32,000 nucleotides of DNA from Zymomonas mobilis subsp. mobilis ATCC 10988. GTDB lineage: Bacteria > Pseudomonadota > Alphaproteobacteria > Sphingomonadales > Sphingomonadaceae. Positions 17,418-25,307 of this stretch are shown one piece after another (within the stretch, counting starts at the first letter, position 1; each line of letters opens with the position of its first letter). The stretch is from the NCBI RefSeq assembly GCF_000175255.2, contig NC_017180.1, positions 480-32,479 of the forward strand, in the 5' to 3' direction. The translations under genes were made by a program, and so were the position numbers. Under the pieces are notes generated by a model. That model was given only the letters and a program-made list of their open reading frames with translations, had not been told where the DNA came from and made no database searches.

Positions 17418-17441
17418 GCGTCCAAGACCGGAGCCCGCACA

Positions 17442-19025
17442 ATGACCGCCTCTTCTTCATCATCTCATTTCGTGGCGTCATCTCCTATGTCTCCTTCACT
17501 TAATGCCGACTTGTCCTCTTCTGACTCTGCCTCTTCTGCGACCCTGTCGGACGCCTCTGTTCTTTCTTCAGAGCCTGTCTCTGTATCTTTTGAACAAATG
17601 ACGCCCACAACCAGTCCTTTTATCGACAGGCTAGGCCGTTTCAAGCGCGGCACCTATCGAATAATGTTGATAGAAACCGGCATGCCATATGACAGCGCAA
17701 AGATCATGGCGGATCAGGCCGCAGAACAGCATAAAATAGACCGCATATTCTCTAAATCAATGCCACTGGCCAATAGCGTCGCCCCCGAAATTCCGGCCTC
17801 AAATACCAATCTTGAGGTTACGGCCCCCGCATCAGAAGCGTTCGACGAAATCGAATATTTTGATCAGATGGTGTCTAGCGGGTGTGATCCTGAAACCGCT
17901 GCCGATATCGCCCGTAAAACGGCTGAGACCAGACGCAAAGACCCTCTCGAACGAGCCACCCGCTATAAAATCCGCCGTCGGACTCCTGATCCTGTGCATC
18001 GGGACTCTTATGAGGTTGGCGAGCGCGAGAAGTCGGTCTGGAAACCAGTCAATCCGCAAGAGATCGGTGCCTATCTGGAAGCGGTCGATCAATATTCGAT
18101 CAAAACCAAGGGCTTAAGCGATAAGGCCGTTCGTCTTCTAAAGATGCTGTTTCGGATGGTCGACTTTAAAACTGGCCGTCTGGAACCGACCCTTGATACT
18201 ATTTGCGATAGTGTCGGCTACGCCCGTGCGACGGTCGTCAAATTACTACGACAGCTACAGGATTTAGGCTTCATCCGCTGGATACGCCGGTCAATCAAGA
18301 TCAAGGCGGACGGCAAAGGTCCCCGCCGCAAGCAGACCAGTAACGCCTACGGCTTCTTGTCTCCCAAGGCTTGGCCAGAGTTGGCCAGACAGGTTTTCGA
18401 GCGCGTCATGCGCCGGAGAAATGCGCCTATTCCTGACGATATTGACCACGCCCAAGAGGCGGACAAAGCCGAAACCAAAGCCATAATCGAAAATCTTCCC
18501 CCTGTTGAATTCATGAAAGAAATATCGGGGGCAAAAGCGCCTAATGCGCTCACAGATTCATTGATAGAGCTTGCGAAATCTATCGAGCGGGCAGACCAAC
18601 GGGAACAAGAAGAACCGGCTAAGAAGGCTGCACAGGCCGATCAGGATGAGGTTAAAACATCTTCCCAAATACCTAAGGAGGATACCTCAAAAAAGCCCCA
18701 AATCTCGGACAATCAACGCGAGTTCAATTCTTATACTCTATCCTGTTATAGTTATTTATATAATAACGACGATCACAAATTTGAAACGACAGAAGAGAAT
18801 ATGGACTGTCTCGCTCCTGCTAACGCAGGCTCGACAGGCGTTGTTTTAGACACGAAACCTGAACCTGACCGCTTCACAAAAGAACTTCATACCCTGAACC
18901 TCCGGCATGATCAGGTAGCTGCTATCCTTCAACACAGGAACAAGCGGAAAGAACAGCGCATGATGCCCCTCTCACCAAAAGATATCGCCGACCTCCTCGT
19001 TAAAACCGGACAGATGCGCCCATGA
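17442..19025 (+). CDS. Putative plasmid replication initiator (winged-helix/HTH Rep-like), 527 aa
   Basis: The central segment AVRLLKMLFRMVDFKTGRLEPTLDTICDSVGYARATVVKLLRQLQDLGFIRWIRR...QTSNAYGF is the pattern I associate with alphaproteobacterial plasmid Rep/HTH proteins. The start is moved to 17442 (GGAG 9 nt upstream) because the longest ORF would include the terminator at 17385-17417. The N-terminus is Ser-rich. Confidence 0.5.
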   Translation: MTASSSSSHFVASSPMSPSLNADLSSSDSASSATLSDASVLSSEPVSVSFEQMTPTTSPFIDRLGRFKRGTYRIMLIETGMPYDSAKIMADQAAEQHKIDRIFSKSMPLANSVAPEIPASNTNLEVTAPASEAFDEIEYFDQMVSSGCDPETAADIARKTAETRRKDPLERATRYKIRRRTPDPVHRDSYEVGEREKSVWKPVNPQEIGAYLEAVDQYSIKTKGLSDKAVRLLKMLFRMVDFKTGRLEPTLDTICDSVGYARATVVKLLRQLQDLGFIRWIRRSIKIKADGKGPRRKQTSNAYGFLSPKAWPELARQVFERVMRRRNAPIPDDIDHAQEADKAETKAIIENLPPVEFMKEISGAKAPNALTDSLIELAKSIERADQREQEEPAKKAAQADQDEVKTSSQIPKEDTSKKPQISDNQREFNSYTLSCYSYLYNNDDHKFETTEENMDCLAPANAGSTGVVLDTKPEPDRFTKELHTLNLRHDQVAAILQHRNKRKEQRMMPLSPKDIADLLVKTGQMRP

Positions 19026-19166
19026 CCCTGTCAGCTGTCATTCTGACAGATCACCGTCTGTTTATCCCTCCGGTGCTGTTCGCTTCGCTCACAGGCGCGG
19101 CGAGGAAGGAATTAGAGTTTTCGGGAGGCTATCAAATTTCTAACAATTCGCATTATCGAAATGTGC

Positions 19167-19841
19167 TTAAATTGGCTTATTCTCTAATAACGTTTCGACA
19201 TGGCTTTTGCTGTTATCCAGCATCCAATCTGCTGTTGGTCTTGAGCGATATTCAATCAAACGAACAATTCTATCCCAATCAGCTTGCAAATCTCTTTCAA
19301 ATATCGGCTCGTGATGGGCTATGCGATTACGCAGCATCCGAATTTCACCCAGATCACTATAAAGGCTCTGTCTATGGTCTTTAATATCTTGCGTCTGGTC
19401 AAGGTTGGGGAATACTTTTAACAAATATGAACGCCAAAGCCTTTTATCATGGCGCTTCGTGAACATAGCCTGCCAGAATACAAAGTTCAGTTCTGGTATT
19501 ACCTTTCCAGTCGTTTCCGCCTTCCAACAAGCTTTGTTTACATCCGTCAATGCGCTGTATCCTGATTTTATAACCGGAAGGCTTCGTAGGAAGCCTTCTG
19601 ACCATGGCCAGCGATCTCCATAAGTATAGGATAGCGCTTCTGCTACAGCATTTCGGATAGCTATTTCTGTTATATGAAGGGGCGCTAGCAATGCGCCGGA
19701 TAGCTGTGCATTCCATACATATAAATCCAAGGCGACAAGATCATCTTTTCCTAATGCCCTAACCTTGTCTTCATATCTTCCAAGTCGGGGAGCCGATAAG
19801 GTCTTTCTAATAGAGATAATCTTATCTTGAATTGACAGCAT
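19167..19841 (-). CDS. Abi_2 family (AbiD/AbiF-like) abortive-infection protein with a HEPN motif
   Basis: N-terminal SAPRLGRYE...LYVWNAQLSGALLAPLHITEIAIRNAV and C-terminal IRMLRNRIAHHEPIF (the R-x4-H HEPN signature) are typical of Abi_2. Confidence 0.8.
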   Translation of the reverse strand: MLSIQDKIISIRKTLSAPRLGRYEDKVRALGKDDLVALDLYVWNAQLSGALLAPLHITEIAIRNAVAEALSYTYGDRWPWSEGFLRSLPVIKSGYSALTDVNKACWKAETTGKVIPELNFVFWQAMFTKRHDKRLWRSYLLKVFPNLDQTQDIKDHRQSLYSDLGEIRMLRNRIAHHEPIFERDLQADWDRIVRLIEYRSRPTADWMLDNSKSHVETLLENKPI

Positions 19842-19925
19842 GGCTACCCATTTATATAATCAACCACATATTCGCCTCGGGTCTTTGTTGGCTTATGCCT
19901 CCCCCTGAGGACAAAAGATACAAAA

Positions 19926-19956
19926 AAGACCTCGCTTAAGGCGGGGTCTTTTTTTA
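19926..19956. terminator. Bidirectional intrinsic terminator-like hairpin
   Basis: aagacctcgc-ttaag-gcggggtctt forms a 10-bp stem with one G-U pair. It is flanked by A6 on the left and T7 on the right, and lies downstream of the minus-strand gene at 20129-20410. Confidence 0.65.
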
Positions 19957-20128
19957 TCCGTTTCCCTGTATTTTAAAAGCCTTTGCTAACCTAATGGAAA
20001 ACATCATCATACGATGAATTCATACTTCATCCTTTCCGTTAAAGTTTTCCGCCTATTTTCCCTCGATAATTCCGGCCTAAATTAGACCCGTGCTATCTCT
20101 GGCCGGAAAACACCTGTTACTCGGCAGC

Positions 20129-20410
20129 TTAAGCTGCGACTGCTTCAGCAACCATCTCGGGATGAAGACTAATCACCTTCACGTAAGCAATAGCGTAATC
20201 CGGTGCCGTGCTGCGGGTCTGTTCCCAGTCACGCAACGTGCCTACAGATATTTTGAAGCGTGAAGCAAAATCTTTCTGAGATAATCCCAAAGCCGAGCGC
20301 GCTTTTCTGATTAACCGAGCGCGCTGCCCCCGTTCCATGGCTTCCTTGGTTACGTTGAAATCTTCCTCATCCGCAGGGTCAGCAGGAAGAATGATACGCT
20401 CTTTCTTCAC
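20129..20410 (-). CDS. XRE-family HTH antitoxin-like protein
   Basis: ARLIRKARSALGLSQKDFASRFKISVGTLRDWEQTRSTAPDYAIAYVKVISLHPEMV is an HTH_XRE with the WEQ(G/T)R motif common in TA antitoxins. It lies directly downstream of a BrnT-like remnant. Confidence 0.75.
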   Translation of the reverse strand: MKKERIILPADPADEEDFNVTKEAMERGQRARLIRKARSALGLSQKDFASRFKISVGTLRDWEQTRSTAPDYAIAYVKVISLHPEMVAEAVAA

Positions 20411-20448
20411 CTTTATTGCTCCTTCTTACCGATATGAATCGAGGCAAA

Positions 20449-20568
20449 TCATTGCGCTAAACAAAAACGGCAGTGAAAAGTTTCAAGCCAACAATGCCAA
20501 TCACTAAAGGCTAACGAAAGCCCATGCTTCTCTAAATTCTTAGCATCTTTGGCAGGGTCGAATCTCAT
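20449..20568 (-). pseudogene. Truncated BrnT (DUF497) toxin remnant
   Basis: The minus frame reads MRFDPAKDAKNLEKHGLSLAFSDW..., matching the BrnT N-terminus (M.F.WD..KA..N..KHG.SF). It then terminates after 39 codons, whereas full-length BrnT is about 90 aa. Confidence 0.6.
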
Positions 20569-21538
20569 TTATGCCTTATACGGAAATCCCGTATATAAAT
20601 AAAGCCTAAAATTTTGTCGCTGTGATTGAGCATAGTGAAACAAAATTGAACCTGAAAAAGGATGGATTTTTAACCAAGGTAGAAAAGGTAAATAAAGCCG
20701 TTCCTCCTCAGTTCTATCGCAAAAAGAAAGGCAACCAACCCTAAGATTAACCGTCTTTCGTGCGTTTATGAGACTTTTATTTATTAGATCAGGGCGCGAT
20801 GCAGATAAAGATTTTTACCATCAATCTTCATCTGCTGCTTTGCGGCTAAGACAAGCGCCCCGATGATTTTTATGAGACGCTCACAAAATTTGCCGCCTGC
20901 CTGAAAGTAGCCCTGCAATCCGTAGCATTTTTTGAAGACACCAGCTTTACCGAAAAAGACCGCGCCACCTATAAGGAAACACTGAAGCAAATGACCAGCC
21001 TGCGCCAGCTGGCACATGATCTTCAAGACGGAACTCGTAGAACAATGCCTCCTGTATTTTCGTTCGATCATCCATCATTTGCAGATTCCTCCTGCGAAGA
21101 GTGAATCAGTGCTTCACTCTCAAAGTAAGCGCGACTTTTTCAACACTATCGAAGGAAAGCGGAACGTCTGATTTCAGATTACAGAAAAAAGGAAGTGGAC
21201 ATGAACAGAAGCGACTGACAGGGGGAATCAATTAAAAGCTTTAGTCAACATTCAGACGACGTCCATAGACAACATCTAAAATTCACCCGCGACACCGATC
21301 CACGGCATCTAGAGCATATATATTATGCCAGTTTATACCCTACTGCAGTGAAGGAATTGACACATTCGTCAAAAATAACAACATTCGAGACTGATAATGT
21401 CAATAAGTTTTTGCGTAATCCGCCATTATTTATAGTACAGTGAGATATATTTAGCTCATAAATATTTATTTTTAGCTTGAATTAGAAAAATATATTATTG
21501 TACAATCAAATGTATTTTTATAAAATTTTATCTATAAA

Positions 21539-22495
21539 TTATCTATTCAAACGCGCTGTCAGAATTGCCTTTGTCCGCTCGTCACAGAAGGCCGCCTCGA
21601 TGGCGTTTTTGTTAATTATATAGTCCGAGAGGCATGACCCAACGGTCCGCGCAAGGGCGTATTCTTGCAACAGGTCGGTATCAAAGAAACTCGGATCATC
21701 AGTGCCAAGCGTGATGACACATCCGGAATTGGCCAGCCTGCCGATCGGATGAGCGGTTATTGTTGGGTAAAGACCTAGGGCCACGTTACTACTAAGGCAG
21801 ACCTCGAGTGGAATTCGGGACGATGCAATCTGCCGCATCACATTTGGCGATTCGACTGCACGTACTCCATGCCCAACCCTGTCAAGGTTGAGGATTTCAA
21901 TTGCCTCAATAACCGTCTCGGCAGGACAGTGCTCGCCGGCGTGTGCTGTTGCCTTGAGGCCTTCCCCTCGAGCAATACTGAATGCCTCGGCAAAATCGCC
22001 AACGGAATACTGATTTTCGTCACCGGTCAGACCAAAACCGACCAATATGTTCGACCGTATGGATGTCGCCATGCGAGCAGCCTCTATGGCGGCTAGTGGG
22101 CCGAGGTGACGGACTGCAGTGGCGATGAGACAGGAATGCACACCCCACTCCTGACGTGCCCGATCAGCAGCGGCCTGTAGTGCTCTCAGTTGATCAAAAA
22201 ACGGAACGCCCGTGCGGGCGAGATCGGGAGGTGACAGCATGAATTCCACATAAGAACCACCCAACAAAGAGCATCGCTGGAGATATGATGTGGCGACTTG
22301 CTCAAGGTCGTTCGCAGACTTCACTACGGATGTGATCAGATCGTAGGATTTCAAAAAGGAAGGGAAATCATGCCACCCGTAGCGCGCAGCCGAGATTACA
22401 GAGGAGGGGATTGAAACGTTATTGCGTTTAGCAAGTAAAATTACTGTATCGCGGAGCAAGGTCCCCCGAAGGTGAACATGAAGGTCGACTAACAT
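21539..22495 (-). CDS. komA: Adenosine-deaminase-family protein (KomA-like)
   Basis: The metal and catalytic motifs of the A_deaminase fold are all present: DLHVHLRG (HxH), ATAHAGE, RVGHG and LGTDDPSFF. 318 aa with no extra domains. Confidence 0.85.
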   Translation of the reverse strand: MLVDLHVHLRGTLLRDTVILLAKRNNVSIPSSVISAARYGWHDFPSFLKSYDLITSVVKSANDLEQVATSYLQRCSLLGGSYVEFMLSPPDLARTGVPFFDQLRALQAAADRARQEWGVHSCLIATAVRHLGPLAAIEAARMATSIRSNILVGFGLTGDENQYSVGDFAEAFSIARGEGLKATAHAGEHCPAETVIEAIEILNLDRVGHGVRAVESPNVMRQIASSRIPLEVCLSSNVALGLYPTITAHPIGRLANSGCVITLGTDDPSFFDTDLLQEYALARTVGSCLSDYIINKNAIEAAFCDERTKAILTARLNR

Positions 22496-22538
22496 AGCGA
22501 CCGTTGATACAGATTAGACTAGGAGCGTGGAAGTCTAA

Positions 22539-23096
22539 ATGCGTATTAGATTCTTATCAAAGAACAAACATAAGATCGCGGAAGCTGAGAAAATACTCAA
22601 TCCTCTGCATGTCGAGGTTGTTCCTATCACGGTACAGATCGATGAACTTCAGACCATTGATGTCAAGGCGATCATCCGAAACAAAGTGCTACGCGCTTTC
22701 GATAGAATTGGCCATCGACTAATTGTGGAACAGACTTGTCTCTACTTGGACGCCCTGAACGGCTTTCCTGGGGGCCTTACTCAGCCGTTTTGGGATACAC
22801 TTGAAGCAGAGCGCTTCTGCGAGTTGTTCGGTCGTGGGGAAATGCGAGGCGTTACCGCGAAAACGTGGATCGGCTACTGCGACGGTCGGCAAATTTACAA
22901 ATTCGAAGGGGAGATCCGCGGCAGCGTCTCTTCTGAACCGCGTGGCGATCGTGCCTTCCAATGGGACTGCGTTTTCATTCCAGATGGTCATCAGGAAACA
23001 TTTGCTCAGATGGGCGAGAGGAAAAACGAGATATCGATGCGGCGCAGCGCGCTGAATGCCTTTGCGCAACACTTGCGGGAGGCAGCCGATGCTTGA
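22539..23096 (+). CDS. komB: HAM1/RdgB (ITPase)-fold protein with divergent catalytic motifs (KomB-like)
   Basis: FLSKNKHKIAEAE, LNGFPGGLT and KNEISMRRSAL follow the Ham1 family layout. However, the canonical DDSGL, FGYDP and SHR motifs read EQTCL, FQWDC and SMR. Confidence 0.75.
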   Translation: MRIRFLSKNKHKIAEAEKILNPLHVEVVPITVQIDELQTIDVKAIIRNKVLRAFDRIGHRLIVEQTCLYLDALNGFPGGLTQPFWDTLEAERFCELFGRGEMRGVTAKTWIGYCDGRQIYKFEGEIRGSVSSEPRGDRAFQWDCVFIPDGHQETFAQMGERKNEISMRRSALNAFAQHLREAADA

Positions 23097-23895
23097 CTTC
23101 CTTGCGCGCGAGATCCGCGAACATAGGGTGATTCTTTTCGTAGGAGCAGGCCTCTCGCGACCGTTAGGGCTTCCGTCGTGGGGAAAACTCATCAAGCACA
23201 TGGCACAAGAGCTTGGCTTCGACCGCGACGTCCTTGTCGGGCCAAGTGCTGATTATCTGCAGGTCGCAGAGTTTTACAAACTGAAGAAGGGAAACATCGG
23301 CGAATTGCGAAGTTGGATGGACAGGAGTTGGAATGTGTCCGACGATAAGCTACTGGCATCCAAAGTGCACCAGCAGATTGTCGATCTCAAATTTCCCCTC
23401 GTTTACACAACGAATTACGATAACAATCTTGAGCGAGCATTTGAGCTGCACGGAGTACAGGTCTCGAAAATTGCGTCAGTCATAGACATCGCCAATGCGA
23501 AGCCAGGCCATACTCACGTCATTAAGTTCCATGGAGACTTCGCCGACGACAACTCGCTGGTCCTTACCGAGACGGACTACTTCGAGAGGCTAGAATTAAA
23601 ATCGCCGCTCGACCTGAAGCTGCGGTCGGATGTTCTGGGACGCACGATCTTGTTTGTTGGGTACAGCCTGAAGGACCTAAATCTGCGTCTCCTTTTCTAC
23701 AAACTGAAGCGAACCTGGGATGGCACTCCCTATGCAAAGAAGCGTCCGCGGTCGTTTATTTTCCTTATCCGGCCCGACGTCGTTCAGGAGACGGTAATGG
23801 AAAGCCGCGGGGTCTCCCCCATCGTTTCAGATTCTCTTGATCCCGAAGATGCGTTGCCGGCGTTCTTCGAGCGTTTACTAGAATGGACCGGATAG
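23089..23895 (+). CDS. komC: Stand-alone SIR2_2-type (SIR2-like NADase) protein (KomC-like)
   Basis: VILFVGAGLSRPLGLPSWGKL, VYTTNYDNNLERAF, IKFHGD...LVLTETDY and ILFVGYSLKDLNLRLLF are the SIR2_2 motifs. The start at 23089 has a GGGAGG SD 6 nt upstream and overlaps the komB-like stop by 8 nt. Confidence 0.85.
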   Translation: MLDFLAREIREHRVILFVGAGLSRPLGLPSWGKLIKHMAQELGFDRDVLVGPSADYLQVAEFYKLKKGNIGELRSWMDRSWNVSDDKLLASKVHQQIVDLKFPLVYTTNYDNNLERAFELHGVQVSKIASVIDIANAKPGHTHVIKFHGDFADDNSLVLTETDYFERLELKSPLDLKLRSDVLGRTILFVGYSLKDLNLRLLFYKLKRTWDGTPYAKKRPRSFIFLIRPDVVQETVMESRGVSPIVSDSLDPEDALPAFFERLLEWTG

Positions 23896-24160
23896 ACGGC
23901 AGGTTTAGACAGTTTCTTCACGAAAGCTGGCGGTCTGAAAATGTTCTGACTTGACCGTGAGCAGCGCACCGTAACGAGGTCCGGTTTCGAGAAGGTACAC
24001 GGCCAAATTAAACGGTTGCCATGGAGGCGATTGCTGCCTGTCTATTTCATGTTTTCGAACAGACAGGCAACTAAGAGGGCGGATAGGTAGATTTCCAGTT
24101 ATGAGATCAGAAATTTGACAATGGAATTGATGAAAGAAAGTTCGTCTTATGGTCATTATT

Positions 24161-25096
24161 TTAAGAAATTGATTTAGGTAAATCGACCTTCTGCTGATTG
24201 GTAATGCCAAATGGGATGTGAACTGAGGGTGCTACAGCGCTGGCTGACCGTAGATGACCAGACTGATCATCGAAGAAAATATGCGGCTTAAGTACAGATA
24301 AAATTTTTCCTTTTTCGACCCCACCAAGAAAAAAGGCATCATTTGCCATAACATTCCAGCTCTTTAGAGTGCGGAGTGCTCGCTCGTGATAAGGAGCATT
24401 GCGTGCTGTAACTATCGATATCCTAAGCCTATTTTTATAATCAGGATGATTACTTTTATGTTCTTCTTCTATTTTTTGTATTTACGACATTTCTACTAGA
24501 AATTTTTGGAGAGGTCCTGGGTTATGTGGCTGCATAACATTTCGCGTTTCGTGTTCATGAAATCTATCTAAACCCGATGATTGCATCACGGCCTCAGATT
24601 CATCCCCGGCAAGCACTCCATCAAAATCAAATGCGATTCTTAGAGTATTACCTTTTTCGTCGTCTTGAAATGTGGAGTCGAGTACCTGACCGGCTGGATG
24701 TCCCAAATGGATTGCGGCGTCGACGTCTGGCTTATGAGCAGATAAAAATAAAGCAATATTAAAAGCTGGTATGTATTCATATGGGGATTTCCCCTGCATG
24801 AAAATTGCGCGGGTGATATCAAGACCATAATGGGATATCGTATCCATAACCCTCAAACCTGTGTCGGGGTCATTTCTTGATAGCAGCACTACTTCCACAA
24901 GCGGGTCTGCCTTATCAGGACTGAGATCATTTAATGATAACAGGCGCTTTACAAACGGAAAGGCGATACCCGTTGGAAGAGGGTTATGTAAATTTTCCTC
25001 TTGGTACTTTCTATATTTTTCCTCTCCGTCTTGTCTAAAAATGCTGTCTGAAACACTGAGATCAAAAACCGCGCTGGATGCGACACCAACCACCAA
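24161..25096 (-). pseudogene. 5'-nucleotidase (PF06189-like family) interrupted by a single in-frame TAA
   Basis: The N-terminal part (24485-25096) reads VVGVASSAVFDLS...EKYRKYQEENLHNPLPTGIAFPFVKRLLSLN...LRIAFDFDGVLAGDESE. A TAA follows at 24482-24484. The same frame then continues IQKIEEEH...ISIVTARNAPYHERALRTLKSWNVMANDAFFLGGVEKGKIL...PHIFFDDQ to 24161. The start is GTG or TTG, only 2-3 codons after an upstream stop. Confidence 0.75.
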
Positions 25097-25307
25097 TCTT
25101 TTTTAAATCGTACGCCATTATATACGTCTCAGTCTATTTTAGAGAATGCGCCACTATTGAATTGAAAAGTGCAAAATATTTTGTAAAATCACATTTACGA
25201 AATAAGATGATCTGATATTTCTCAATCAAAAAAAGTATCCTGCAAGCCTACTTCATCTATATGAAATTTCTCTGCGTAATTAGTATTGCACTTTACCTAC
25301 CCGACTA

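Noticed and set aside
17325-17441. Longest-ORF start of the Rep-like gene
   Set aside because: This region contains a strong rho-independent terminator (17385-17417) belonging to the upstream gene. The ATG at 17442 with a GGAG SD is used instead.
19022-19384. 120-aa plus-strand ORF following rep
   Set aside because: Most of it is antisense to the well-supported Abi_2 gene, and no family features are visible.
20784-21104. 95-aa minus ORF, and an overlapping plus-strand open frame (…DDFYETLTKFAACLKVALQSVAFFEDTSFTEKDRATYKETLKQMTSLRQLAHDLQDG…) that lacks a start and is preceded by an in-frame stop
   Set aside because: I cannot decide which strand, if either, is coding. The minus ORF has an odd Cys/Gln/Gly-rich composition. 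The plus frame looks protein-like but is interrupted. No family was recognised, so it is left unannotated as a possible pseudogene.
22719-23201. 160-aa minus-strand ORF spanning the HAM1/SIR2 junction
   Set aside because: It is antisense to two well-supported, motif-bearing genes. Its sequence is Arg/Pro/Cys-rich and not protein-like.
21539-23895. Assignment of the SIR2/deaminase genes to Thoeris, DSR, SIR2-HerA, SPARSA or RADAR
   Set aside because: There is no TIR, SLOG, HerA, Argonaute or RdrA-type ATPase gene nearby. The SIR2 protein is a bare domain of about 270 aa, and the deaminase is a short 318-aa enzyme rather than the large RdrB type.
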